Below, piece after piece: positions 50,045-63,484 of a stretch of 64,000 bases of DNA. Under the pieces are notes generated by a model that saw nothing but the letters and a program-made list of their open reading frames with translations, had not been told where the DNA came from and did no database searches. Source of the DNA: Geosiphon pyriformis uo1 (taxonomy: Eukaryota > Fungi > Glomeromycota); the NCBI GenBank assembly GCA_016748015.1, contig JAAOMT010000572.1:1-64000 (forward strand), written 5' to 3'. The position numbers and the translations under genes were made by a program. Position 1 is the stretch's first letter; every line of letters begins with the position of its first letter.

Positions 50045-53000
50045 ATGTGTTTTAAAAAAACAAAACTTTGAGTTTGTTAAATTTTTTGCATAAGATATTG
50101 AGCTATCTGCTGTGCTAGACAAAACCAATAGTAATAAATTGATTACAATTAAAAAAAATTTTTATTGAATTAATGGTTTTGGGAAAGCTTCTATTCTCTT
50201 AAAATTTTTAGGAATTATTAAATTATTTTTTACTTTAGAATTTAGTTTAAATAAGACAAAAAAATTGGCAATCTGTAAAAAAATTTTGGTCAATAATGAT
50301 ATTAGGCAAGTAAACAATTATTCAGATTAGAGAGTTGTTGTCAAAAAAATTTTGGTTGATCTTTTAAAGTCAGCTATAGAATCAGTTTTTTCTAAATTTG
50401 GTAAAATTGTGTTAATTAAAATACAACTGATTGGTTTTTGGCAAAAGGCTCTAATGAAATATGAATCATTTGAAATGGCTAATTTGGTTGTAGTTAGATG
50501 GTCTGTGCTTATAAGAAAAAACTCTGTTTGTGTAATAAAAGCAGTTAGTAATAAACAAATATGAATATTTAGAGATCAACATTAAGTTTTGTTGTATACA
50601 GTTTTAGTTGGCACTACTGCTCATAATTTCTCTGATTTATTGGCTTCTTATGATGAAAAAACTTGTGTCATTGGCTGAAATCCAAGTTTGTATATGTGTA
50701 ACAGATGTGCTATAATTTGTTTTGCTGATAAAGTGTTTAAATTGGCTGTTGTTAGTTCTATGTCAGTTTTCAAAAGTGTGAATTTATGTTGAATTGGTCT
50801 TTCTTTGGCTTGTTATGCCCAATACAAACAGTTTGGTCATATTTCTAATATATGTTCAGTAAATGGGAGTTTTGATGGTCATGGTAAGTAAGTAATAACT
50901 TCTTAAGATTAAGTCTGTTTAACCAACATATATAAAAAAAAACAAGTGCTAATTGTTCATTCAGTTTCTTTTGGTGGCAAATCTTAAGCTCAAATGGTTT
51001 TATTTGCTGCTTCTTCTGGTGGTAGTTTGGAATCTGATTTTGGCTCTGGTTTTTATTCTTCTAGTAATCTGCATATCAATAAAAATTTGTCAATTGTTCA
51101 TGATAATTCATTCATTGTTAATTATTTTGTTTTTTTAAAGTGTTTTTTAGAGCTTTTGGCTGACCAGATATTAAATATTATGCATAGACTAAATAATATA
51201 GAACTGGTACTTCTGGTGTTTGTCTCTCATATTGTGTATCCAGTTGTTTTTGCTTTATTGTTATTGTTATTGAATCTGAATATAATTTTGAATGACTTAT
51301 AATTGTCTCTCCTCTTTTCAGTTTTGGTTGTAAAAGACAAGATTGTAAATTTGGGTTTAAATAGTTCAAAGATTTTTACTGCCAAAGTTAATAGTTTAAA
51401 GTTAAAATTGGTGGTTTTTGATGCTTTTGTGAACTCAATTTTGAAGAAATTGGATTTGTTGTGTGCAAACTTGGGTCTTTTAGCATGTCTTTTCTTTTAA
51501 TAACTAATCTGGTTTAGAAATTTGTTACATATAATATTCAAAGTATCAATGTTTTTGCAAAACAAGAAGATATTATTTATTGATATACAAATTTAGATAA
51601 CATAGTTTCTTTTGTCATGAAAACAAAATTGAGATCTAATGTCAAACTGTGGATTATTAATAAGTTTGAAGAAATGCAAATATTCACATTTGGTTTGAAA
51701 AATGGTTTTTTTGGTGTTAGTGTAGCCATTATTATGAACAAATTTTTGCCTTATTATATGTTTAAGATTGAAGAGGTTTTTAATTAGGTTATTTTAGTAC
51801 ATTTTTTATTCAAAAATAAGTTTTCAGTTACAGTTCTGGGTTTGTATACTGATGCTTTTTCTGAAACTAGATTTGGTCAGGCATTTGAGATCAATTTTTT
51901 CATCATTAAGGCTGTTAACTTCAGCACTTTTGTGGTTTTGGGTGGAAATTTCAATAAAAACAGATCTGGAAAGAATGCAAGTTTTAAGTTTTGCTTGGGT
52001 CTAAATCTGGTCAACTTATTTAATAGAAGTCTATTGGTTAATGCTCCAACTTGGGGCAATTTAAAAAGTGCTAAAAAGGTCTTGAATTACATTTTTGTTA
52101 ATAAGAACTTATCATCAGCAGTTGCTGGTTATGGTGTTGATTCTGTGTTTTTTTTTTGATACTGATTACAAATGTGTCATGATGTTGATTGATTTAAGTG
52201 AGCTTTTGGATGTTTGCTTGAATGACTTATGCAAACAGACTAATAAAAATTATTGAAAGTTTAAAATCAAGAATGCAAATAATGCCAAATGAATGCAATT
52301 TAAAGACTGTTGTTCTGCCAAGCTTTTGGTAATAGAAGATAATTTTTCAGATGCTAAAGCTCATGATAATTTGAATGCTATATAGCTGTTATTAGAAAAA
52401 GTAATGATGGAGTTGGCTAATGAGATATTTTCTAAACTTTAGTTTAGTAAATTTTAGTGCTTGAGAAATAAACAGTCTTCTAAGTTTTTTGGATTAAAAT
52501 TGTTAATTGTCAAGATTGTTAAAAAATTGTGTTCAGGTATTTTGTTAAAAAATAGTTAAGATTAAATAGTATTAAAGCTTATATGGTTGTAAACATGGTT
52601 TGCATAAGTAGTAAGCCACCAGATATTCTTAGACACTTGTTATTAGTTTGAAAAAAGTACAGAAGATTCAAGATATATAAGTCAAAGTTGGCTGAAAAGA
52701 CATTTATAAAAAAAACAATTGAGAAGCATATAGAAAGTTTTGGTTCTAATAAAGATGACATAATTAGGAGCATTTTAGATCAACTTTTTTACAAAGTAGT
52801 TCTAGATTATTTAGTAATAGATAAGAAGTTGGTTTTGGAACTGGAGAAAATAAAGCTCAGTATAGATAGGATAACAGAGGACTGGACAAAGAAATGAGTT
52901 ATGCCTATGGCTATGCCTGGTTTTTGGACTTATCAATATGTTTTATTAGAATTATGTCAAAAATAATGCTTTTTTTGGTGTAATGAAAAAGATCTGTATA

Positions 53001-56000
53001 AGAAAATTGCAGTTAACAATTAATAGTTTACTTAATGGCAAGACTGTTGGCTTGTTTGGTATCTCTAATAAACTTTAGAAACATAGTAATAATAAGGTAA
53101 TAGGGTTTTTGTTGAAGTTGCTAAATACATATTTGTTTATTAGTGGCATTTTTACTTTATAAAAAAAGGTTTGGGTCTCAATAATTCCTAAATCTTATAA
53201 TTAAAGTAGGATTTTAATAAACATTTGACCTATTGCTTTGATCAAAACTGTCAAAAAAATTCTTTTTAAGATTTTATCTAATTATATTTTTGCTGTGTAT
53301 AGTGAATTTAGTGTTTTTTGGAGTAATAATTTTTTAATTTTAAAGAATACATCCATTTAGTTTTTTGTTTTTACTGTTGGATTGGTGGTTAAAAATACTT
53401 TTAAGAAAAATAGAGAACTTTAATTGGTTTTGCAGGATATGCACAAAGCTTATGACTTGGTTGGTTAATATTACTTAAGAACTAGCTTGCAAAAAATTAA
53501 GATATGTAACAGATTTATCAAATTTTTTGGCAATATATATGAGAACAGAATTAATAGAGTGATAACTAATTTTGGTTTTTTAGATGGCTATAAAATACAT
53601 GATGGTTTGAATTAGAGTGAGGTCTTTTTACTTTTTTTTTGAAGAATTTTTTATGATCTGCTCTTGTGTAAAGTTAAAAGACATGAACATTTATGTAAGT
53701 ACTAGATTAAGTTTGTAGCAAAATTTGACAGAATTGAAAATAGTGGTGGAATGTTTTTCTTTTTTGCAGCTAGTATATTTGTTAACAATACAATTTGGAT
53801 TGAAGATTGTTAAGCTTTCACTCAGTATACTTTGAACATTGCCAGTAAGTTTTTTATAATCAACAACATTTCAATCAACAATAAGAAAACAGTGGCTATT
53901 CTGATCAACCAAAGTATTAAGTTTGCTTTATTAAGTATTAGTGGTTAGCTAATTTCTATTGCCAAAAAAAGTGAAACACATAAATATTTGGATATCTTCT
54001 TGTTAACTGAGGGGTTGTTCAAGTTGAGTGTAGCCAAAGCTTATTTGGATATTTGTTTTTTTGTTAATATGGTGCTTAGAAAAGTTATTATAGATAAACA
54101 GTTTTTTTATTTGATGTCAAATTTAGTTTTGTTTTATTAATTGTGTATTGCAAATAAAATGTTATAATTAAAAAAAGTCTTAAGTTTAAAGCCTGTTTGT
54201 CTCAAAATTTTTTGAATAAAGCTTTGTATTATTTTTTTTTGTATAATTTGAAATTGTTTAAGCAGGTTTAGTCAAAAGAAAAAATGACTGCTTTGATCAC
54301 TTTTTCTAATGCTTCAAGCATTCTTAGACATTTGTTTAATCACAAGTTTTTGGATTAACAGGTTTTGAGTTGGGCTTCTTTAAATTCTTTGCAATATCCT
54401 ATCAAGTTGTGTATTAGCCCAATAAACAATTTTTTGGCTGGAATGATAAAAATATTTTTAGATATTGAGTTTTCATTGGTAAACAATTTGCCCAATGCTT
54501 TTTGTGGTTCTGGTTGCTTTTCAATGTTATTGATTTTGGAAGAGGCTTTGTTCTTTAGTTTTGTTTATTCTTTAAAGCATTTTGGGATTGCTTTTGGTAA
54601 TAAATTTTTGACAAAAAAGACAATATAATAAATTAAAAAACTTTTTATTGATAGAAAAGACTAAACTTTAAAGGTCTTGTGTTTTATTAATTTAAGCTTA
54701 CATTAAAATATTTGCATGATAAGGGTTCTTTGTTATGGAATTCTGTTTTGTTAGTGTGGTTTTCTGGTTTAAATATTCTGTTGTCCAAAAGATTTTTTAA
54801 TATGCAGAATGGTTTACATAAAATTTGGTCTGGCTTTTTTGAAGTCTATACAAATGGTTTGTTGAAAAGTGCTGGCTCTGCTGATATTGCTAATAAAACA
54901 GCTGTGTATTTTTCTGCTTTGAATATAAATGTTGGTATTGAAGTTTGTGATTTTTTGTCTTCTATTATGGCTGAGTTGCAGGCTATTACATTGTCTTTAG
55001 AGTGTATCCCATCTTTATGTAAAGTGGTTTTACATCTTGATAGCCAAACAGCTATTGATATATGTGTTTTTAAAATGTTATTTGTTGTGCCAGATTTCTA
55101 TAATCAATGCTGGTTAAAAAAGAGACATATTGGTAATTTAATTAAAAATAAAAATCTTACTATAAATTGGGTAAAAGTTAAGGGTTATTCTGGTATTTGT
55201 AATAATATGAAAACTGATGTTGTGGTTGGTAAGACTGTTCATTTTTTTTTCTTTGCTGATGAGAGTACAGAAACATTTTTTGGTAACTAAAAACACTCTT
55301 ATATCTAGTAATACTCATTATTTTGTTAGAGATTTATTTAAATCTGTTTGTTATGCTTATTGAAAAGCTGGCTTTAATCATAATATGGTTTCGGATGTGT
55401 TGATTAAGAATATATATTAGGGTGCTACTGTGAAGATTTGGCATTCTGACTTACATATGTTTACTGGCTTTACTAATCAGAAGTCTTCCAACTTTTATAT
55501 GTACTTAATGAAAGCTGTGCACAAATGGTTGCTGGTGGCAGTTAAAAAAAAATTGTATAATAAAAGATATCCTGATGTGCTGTGTTTACTGTATAATAAG
55601 ATGAAATTTTCAGATCATGTCTTTATTTGTGTTTAGGATGCTGATGTCCAGAAAAAGATTTTCTTTGAAGCATCTGTATAATAGATTGCTTTAGCAAATG
55701 CTTATAGCACATTTTTTTTTGCTGTTTTGAAGATGCTTTCTCACTGTTCTTTGAATGTTAGCATGTATATAGTTGTATACAAAAAATTTGTGTTGAAAGA
55801 TTGGTGTATAAAAACTTTTGAGATTTTTGATAGAAGAAAGAAAGCTATCTTTGCTGTCATTGATTTTATGAAAGTTTTAGTGAAGTTATATCATTTTATG
55901 ATCTGGCTGAGTTAGATATAGAGCTAAGTTGGAAAAAGCTGGTTTGGTTAAGAATGGCAGTCTGATATCAAACTTGTTATATTATTTAGTGTCTAAACTG

Positions 56001-57704
56001 TTAGATAGTATGATTAAAATACTTGGCATTATTGAGTCTTTTGCTGTTAGTTTTGATCATTACAGACCATGTCTTTTTTTTCTGGTTTGAATTGTAATGT
56101 GCATATTAGTATAAATGTGTAGTATTGTTTTGTCTGGTTTGAATGGCTAGCCACATGTAGTAAGTGTATAAGTTGTATTTAATTTAAGCCACTTAATTTG
56201 GTTCTATATACTAGATAGCAGTTGGATTTTACTCAATAAACTTATTAATAAAAAAAATTATGTTAATTATTTTTTATAATTTTTTTGTTATATAAGTTAA
56301 TTTTTTACAAAAATTTATTGTTTATATGTTTTTTAATAATATATAATTATTTTGCTATAAAAGTTAACTTTTTACAAAAAGTTTTAACTATAAATTATTT
56401 AATAATATAAATAAAAATTAAAAAAATTAAATTATTAACTAATTGTTGTCTTAAACTAAAATATTTTTTTTTAAAGAAAAAACTTTTTTTTATACAATTT
56501 ATTATAATATTATTTTATAATTTATTACTTTTTTTTTCTAATATTTTAATAAATTAAATATATATTTTGTTGAATTATAAGTTATTTTTGCAAGCTATTA
56601 ATTATTTTAATATATTTATTAAACTCTAAGTATTTTAACAAATTTTTAAATATTATATAATTTAAAATATTACATAAATTAATTATCATAATTTATTTAT
56701 ATTTATATTTATGTAAATTAAGTTATTTTATATCTTAAATTTCTATTAATAATATTAACCAAAATTAATAATAATATATTATAAATTTTAATATTTATAT
56801 TAAAATTTAATGTTTTTAAAATAAATAATTATTTGTTTATTATAAAAAAAATATTCAAATTTTTAATTGAATTATTTATAAAAATATTCAACTTAATAAT
56901 ATTATATATATTAAAAACTATTTATATTTGTTATTATAAAAGCTAAAAAAACTATAGATTTTATAAAATTAAATATATAATAAAGTCTAATAAAAACACA
57001 GAATATATTTTAAATTAATTATGAATTAAATTTTTAAAATCCAAGTATTTTCTTTTTTTTAAGTTTTTTAATTAATTATCTTACTATTACTATTATAAAA
57101 CTAGTTAATAAAAATTAATTTTATTTTTTTTAAAAGTTTAATCATTTTATAAAATTTTAGTTTATTTAAAACTAATAATATTAATAAGTTTAAGTTGTAA
57201 CCAAAAAAAAAATTTTATATTGTTTATAATAATACTAAATTTTTTAAGTAATCTTATTATTTTTATTAAAAAACAATTAATAAATTTTGTAATTATTATT
57301 AAAAAATATAATAACAAATTTTTTATTTTTTACTTTGTAATATAAAAGTTAACATATTGATAAACAACTAATTTTCCAATTAAATCAAAATTATTAGCAA
57401 AATTTAACACTAATATTATCTTATTTTTAGTTTTTACTAGATAGAATAGTTTAATAGCATATAATAAAAAATAATAAATAGCTTTATTCAAAAAATTTTA
57501 TTACAGTTTGACTTTTAACTTAAAATATTTTTGAATTAAAACATCTTATTTTAACAATATTTTATTATTTACAAAGTTGAATTATAAATTATAAAAATTA
57601 AACCTGTTATTAATAAATATATTATTTATTTATTTAATACAGTTTTTATAAGTTATTAAATTAATAAAACACTTGACATTTAAATTATTTTTTTTATGTT
57701 AAAA

Positions 57705-58170
57705 ATACTTAAACTTTTTATTTTTTTATTTTACAAGTGTGGTCTAATTACTGTTTGGTATACAAAAACAAACTAAGTAAATTTAACTAAATATGATTTA
57801 TATTCTTACTATATATAACTAGCTACTTGAATCAATCAAAACTATATTATATACTTATATATTTTTATACTATTACAAATACTTAAAAGCTTTTCACAAA
57901 TCAAAACTCACAGCAAACAACTTTACAACACCAAAAAAACAAATAATATTTACTAATAAACAATCAAACACATAATTAGAAAGAGCAAAAACCATCTTCA
58001 TATTACTAACTAGGCTATTTTTACTATATTTACCTTGAATTTTGCTTTAAATAACTACAGTTCACTCTGATGCTTCTTAGTTAGAAATTAAGCAAAATCA
58101 ATTACCATTAAAACAGCTCTTTTTTATTATCAAAAAAAGTAAAATCTTTGTATAAAACTGCATAAATATT
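57705..58170 (-). mobile_element. Eroded LINE 3' end fragment
   Basis: T-rich tail followed by aagtgtggtctaattactgtttggta..., homologous to the 3' UTR and ORF2 C-terminus. Confidence 0.7.
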
Positions 58171-58289
58171 GAAACTTTTTATTAAAAGCATAATATTTAA
58201 ATATTTATAAAACTTGTTTACTTTAATTATAACAAAAAAATAATTATTAATTAATAAATTAACAATTTTTATTCTATAATTTATTAAGA

Positions 58290-59365
58290 TAACTATGATT
58301 TTTTCAGTATTGTTATTAAAAATTTGTTTTTTTTTTAATATTATTAATATTATTTTGTTAATTTTGTTGTTAATAAAAACTGATAAATTTTTAATAAATT
58401 AATTTATTTTAAAGTATTTTTTTATATTTTGGACTGTATATATTGTTAAATTTATAATAAAATAACCAATTTTATATTAATTATTTTGTATGATTACTTT
58501 GCAATAAAAGTTAATTTTTTTTTATTTATAAGATTTTTAATAATGTATAATTATTTTATTATAAAAATTAATTTTTTTACAAAAAATTTTGATTGTAAAC
58601 TATTTAATAATAAAAAATAAAAAATAAAAATGTTTTTGGTTTAAATTTAAATTAATTAAGTAATTATTAAAATTAATAACTAATTAATTTCAGAATATTA
58701 ATTATAATTGTAAGTTTTAACAGTAATAATTAAAAAAAAAGTTTGATTTTTAAAATAAATTTTATTAAATTAATTTATAATAATTAATTAATAATTAAAT
58801 AATTCTAAACTAAAATTATTAATTGAAAATAAGATATATTTTTTGAAAAAAAAAAGTTTTTTTTACATAACTTATTGTAATACTATTTTATAATCCAATA
58901 TTTTTTTGTTAATATTTTAATAAATTAAAAATATATTTTGTAAATTACAAATTATTTTTATAAATCATTAATTATTTTAATAAACTGTTGAATATTTTGG
59001 TAAATTACAAATTATTTTTATAAATCATTAATTATTTTAATAAACTGTTGAATATTTTGGTAAATTACAAATTATTTTTATAAATAATTAATTATTTTAA
59101 TAAACTGTTAAATATTTTGTCAAATTATTAAATATTTTAATAAATTCTTAAATATTACATAGTTTAGAATATTACATAATTTAATTTTTATAATTAATTA
59201 TATTTGTATTATATAAATTAATTTATTAATTAGATAACAATATTTAATAATTTGGTAAATAATAAGTAATAATAAGTAATAATAATATATATCAATTTAA
59301 TAATAAAAATTATAAAATAATTTTATGTTAATTAATAACTTAACTTTTTTTATTTTTAATATAAT
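58290..59365 (+). repeat. AT-rich repeat family, copy 2 (uninterrupted)
   Basis: Direct homology to 47450-47631 plus 56258-56730; inverted homology to 60303-64000. Confidence 0.75.
58931..59120 (+). repeat. ~3.2 copies of a 60-bp tandem repeat
   Basis: taaattacaaattatttttataaatcattaattattttaataaactgttgaatattttgg repeated with period 60. Confidence 0.93.
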
Positions 59366-60453
59366 TTTTTTTAAGATTAAGTTTTATTAAAATCCAAATA
59401 CTAACTGTAATTTTTAAATAATAATCCAAAATTATTAAAACAATTTGGTTTAAAAATTGTTAAAATTTTAATTTTGTAAGTTTTTTAACATATTAAATCT
59501 TTAAAAATTGCAATATTAAATTTTATAAACTATTTTTACAAGTATAAGATAAGATATAAAATTTAAAAGCTATTTTAATTTTGTAATAAATATTTATTAA
59601 TTTAACTATTGTTTTGAATTTGTTATGTATTTGCTTTTAAATAACTTTTAATATAAGATTTATTGTTTTAAATTCCAGTTTTTTTCTATAAAATTTTTTT
59701 TTAATATAAAATATCTATAAATTAGAATGTATTTATTATTTTATTTATTAAAATACTATTGAAGTTTTTATTAAACTGTAATATTTAGAGAAATATTAAT
59801 AAAAAAAACAATAAGTTTTCTTTTAAAGCTTGTTTTAAAAGTTTTAATAGATAGATTTCAATATAATTTCATAATTTTATTATTAAAGTTATAATAAATT
59901 TTGTTTAAATATAATTAATTTAACTTATAATAATTGTTATAAATAATTTAAAAAATGTTTTTAAAGTTAATATTAATTTTTAAAATTTATTAAATATTTT
60001 AGAAAATAATTATTATAAAAATATATATAAAAAAATTTAAATATAAAAAAAAAAATTTTTGATATATTGTTTTTTATATATATTTTTGTTTTAAAAAGTT
60101 TTTGTATTTATTTTTAATTATTTTTAATGTTTTTCTGATAAAACATAGGATAATTAAAAAATATTTGTATACCAATTTGTGAAATTAAAAGTTTGAAATT
60201 AGTTTTTAAATAATAATATTTTAGTTTATTATTATATACAACTTTTTTTAAAACATTATTATTAAGTTTTAACTTGTATAATTTATTTTTTAAAATTTTG
60301 TGTTATTATTAAAAAAAATTTGAATTATTATTTAATATGAAATTATTTTTGTAATTTTTATTATTAATTAGCATATATTATTATTTATTATCTTATTAAA
60401 TTATTTGAATTATTATTTAATTAATAATTTAATTTTTAAAAACAAATATAATT

Positions 60454-60517
60454 TTTATTTTTATTTTTATTTTTATTAAGTTTTTAATGAGTGAAGCCCA
60501 ATCACTATCTAGTACAC
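60454..60517 (-). mobile_element. Extremely 5'-truncated LINE (~35 bp 3' end plus (TAAAAA)n tail), TSD ACAAATATAATT
   Basis: gagtgaagcccaatcactatctagtac matches the LINE 3' terminus; TSD at 60442-60453 and 60518-60529. Confidence 0.85.
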
Positions 60518-60566
60518 ACAAATATAATTAAATTAAAATAATTAGATTATGTAATATATTAAACTA

Positions 60567-63484
60567 ATTTTTTTTATTTAACATATTTAACGAGTGTAGT
60601 CCAATTACTATCTAGTACATAGAGCCAAGCTAAGAGGCTCAAACTAAATGCGATTTACGCACTTTCTACATGTGACTAACCACTCAGGCCAGACAAGGCA
60701 ACACTACACACCTATAATAATCTGCATACTGCCACCCAGACCAGAAAAGAAACAATAAGACTTCCGACGACCAAAGCTAATAGCAAAAAAATTGGCCACA
60801 CCAAGCAATCTTACAACATCATCAAACAAAACTGAGGACACACCACGAGAAAGCCCAGACACAACACCACCATCACAAACCAGACCAGCCTTCTCCATCA
60901 CCACCCGGTGGCTGGCCCTAGCCAACCACACTTTAGCATGATGTAACTCAACCACGAACTTAACATAATCAACAATCTGAGTAGCTGCCACCTTCCTATC
61001 CTCAAAAATACTGCAAGCTTTCTCATACTACTCCCCCAGCACAAACCTTTTGCAAACCAAAGTGTACAATCCAACATCAATGGAACATTGAGACAAAACT
61101 CACAACACGGCAGAAGCAGGGGAACCGCCAGCCAAAGCTGACCAACGGGCAGAAGCCTCAGCCAAAATCTTGCCACGAACATCAGACTCATGAACACAAG
61201 TAAAAGTGTGGTCAGAGAACTCCACCCCATTGCAAAACAAACATAATATGCTAGGGTAGCACTTATCATACAATCTTTTCCTTACCACCACTGGCAATTT
61301 TCTGTGCACAGTCTTCATAATATATGCGAAGCATTGAAAATACCCAGCTAGTGAACCCAGTGAGCATATAAGAATCAAGATGCCACACCTTTGCCGTAAA
61401 AACCCAGTCTATGCAACCAATTATTGCATCTGGAACCACATCATAACCAGGTCCAATTTCTCAACGAGCACAACAAACAGACCGAAAAATATTCCTGACA
61501 AAATAACGGGCATTACCAGAAACAACGACACCCTCAGCAACCAAAAAATGTTCACGCACATTGGCACAAAAGGAAAAGGGAGATCCAGAGGCAGCCCCAG
61601 CAGCCAAGTCAGCTTCCACATTACCAGGAATCCCAGAGTGGCCTTTTACCTTAACCCAACTCACACTAAGATCTTTATTCCTGACCAAATTGAAAATATG
61701 ACACCTCTTCAGTCAGCATTGATTATGGAAATCAGGGGCAACCAAAGACATCTCAGACACACATGCGTCAATAGCAGCCTGGCTGTCAAGACGTAACACC
61801 ACTGTACTTGAAGAAGGAACACACTCCAAAGCCAAAGCGACAGCCTGCAATTCAGCTATAGTAGATGACAAAAGGCCACTAACAATAATACCAATACTCT
61901 TATCCAAGACCAGAAAGTATGCAACAGCACTACAGGTAACCTCAGCAGAGTCTGCATTCCTCAAAGACCCATCTGTAAAAACTTCAAAAAAGCCTGACCA
62001 GATGTCATGCAATTTATCTTTTACTGCAGAAAATTCCCCAGACTCCAAAATGTCCAAACCAAGCTTTTCCGCAGAGCCAATAGAACCAGAAAATGAACAA
62101 CTCTGACTTTTCAAAAACTCAAAAGAAACCAAAAACCAATGAGGCACAGGACTACATGGATCCAATCTTTTCCAATGACAAAAAGTTTTCCAATCTAACA
62201 AAACACCTTTCTTATCAAAAAGCCAATCACCAAAAGTGATACCAAAGCATCTAAGAGATTTGACTGAGTCAAAATACAGAGACTTTCCAAGAATAGAGGA
62301 CAACGGAAAATGACTAAGACTATGAAATGCAGTGGGAAGATTGTTCATCAAAGAAAGCTCATTGTCCAAAAAAATCTTCACCATCTCAGCCAGAAAATTG
62401 TTCACTGGACTAACACGCAACCTGACTGGAAACTGCAAAGAATCCAAAGAAGCCCAACCAAGAACCTGCAGATCCAAAAACCTATGTCTAAACAAACGCC
62501 TAAGAATACCAAAGGCATTAGAGAACATTATCAGAGCAGTAATCTTCCCCTCTGACTGCACCTGCTCAAAAGGCTTTAGGCCATACAATGAGGGATGATG
62601 CAAAGCAGCATCAGGAAAATTACAGGGGAGGCAAGCCTTAGACCTAAGACCCTTTCTAACCAAGACATCTCACTTGCGACAAACATTAAAAGAGACAAAA
62701 CTAAACTGAATATGATAGCTAACAATAGGCTGCAAAACAGCCGACACCAGATAGGAGAACTGTTTGTCCGTAATAGCTTTCCTAAGCACAACATTGACAA
62801 AAAAACGCACATCCACATAAGCCTTGGCAACACTTGGCTTGGAGAGCCTCTCAGCCGACAGAAAAATACCTAGATACTAATGTGCTTCCTCTTTTTTGGC
62901 AATAGAAATTGGCTAACTGCAAATGCTCAGTGAAGCAACTTTAACACCCTGATTGATGGGAATAGCTACCATCTTCTCATTGTTGATAAAAATATCATTG
63001 ATCACAAAAAATTCACTGGCAATGTTCAGAGCATATTGAGTAGAAGCCTGACAATTCCCAACCGAGATCATATTATCAACAAATGCACCAGCCAAAAAAT
63101 ACAATGTCAAACCACCACCACTCTCAATTCTGCCAGACTTTGAAACAAACTTAGTATTAATCCAGTACTCACACAATTGTTTGTGCCTCTTAACCTCACA
63201 CAAAAGTGGATCATAAAAAATTCTCCATAGAAGTGGCGAAAAGATCTTACCCTAATCCAGCCCATCATGCATCTTATAACCACCAAACAAACCAAAGTCA
63301 GTCATTATCCTATTAACTTTATCCTTATGAATACCACCAAAAAACCTTATAAACCTCTCACATATCTTAATGTGCCACAAACTAGCCCTTAAATGATGCC
63401 ACCCAACTAAATCGTAAGCTTTTCGCATATCTTACAAGACCAATCATAACTCCCTATCCTTCTCAATGGCATTTTCAATCACCG
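60567..63484 (-). mobile_element. 5'-truncated young LINE (RT C-terminal half, RNase H, 3' UTR), TSD ATTAAACTA
   Basis: ~91% identical to 33270-36175; TSD at 60558-60566 and 63485-63493. Confidence 0.95.

Larger units (their letters stand above)
47632..56257 (+). mobile_element. Full-length, heavily eroded LINE with TSD TTATGTTAA (47623-47631 / 56258-56266), carrying nested LTRs
   Basis: ORF1, APE, RT, RNase H and 3' UTR homology to the other copies; poly(A) at ~56248-56257. Confidence 0.92.
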
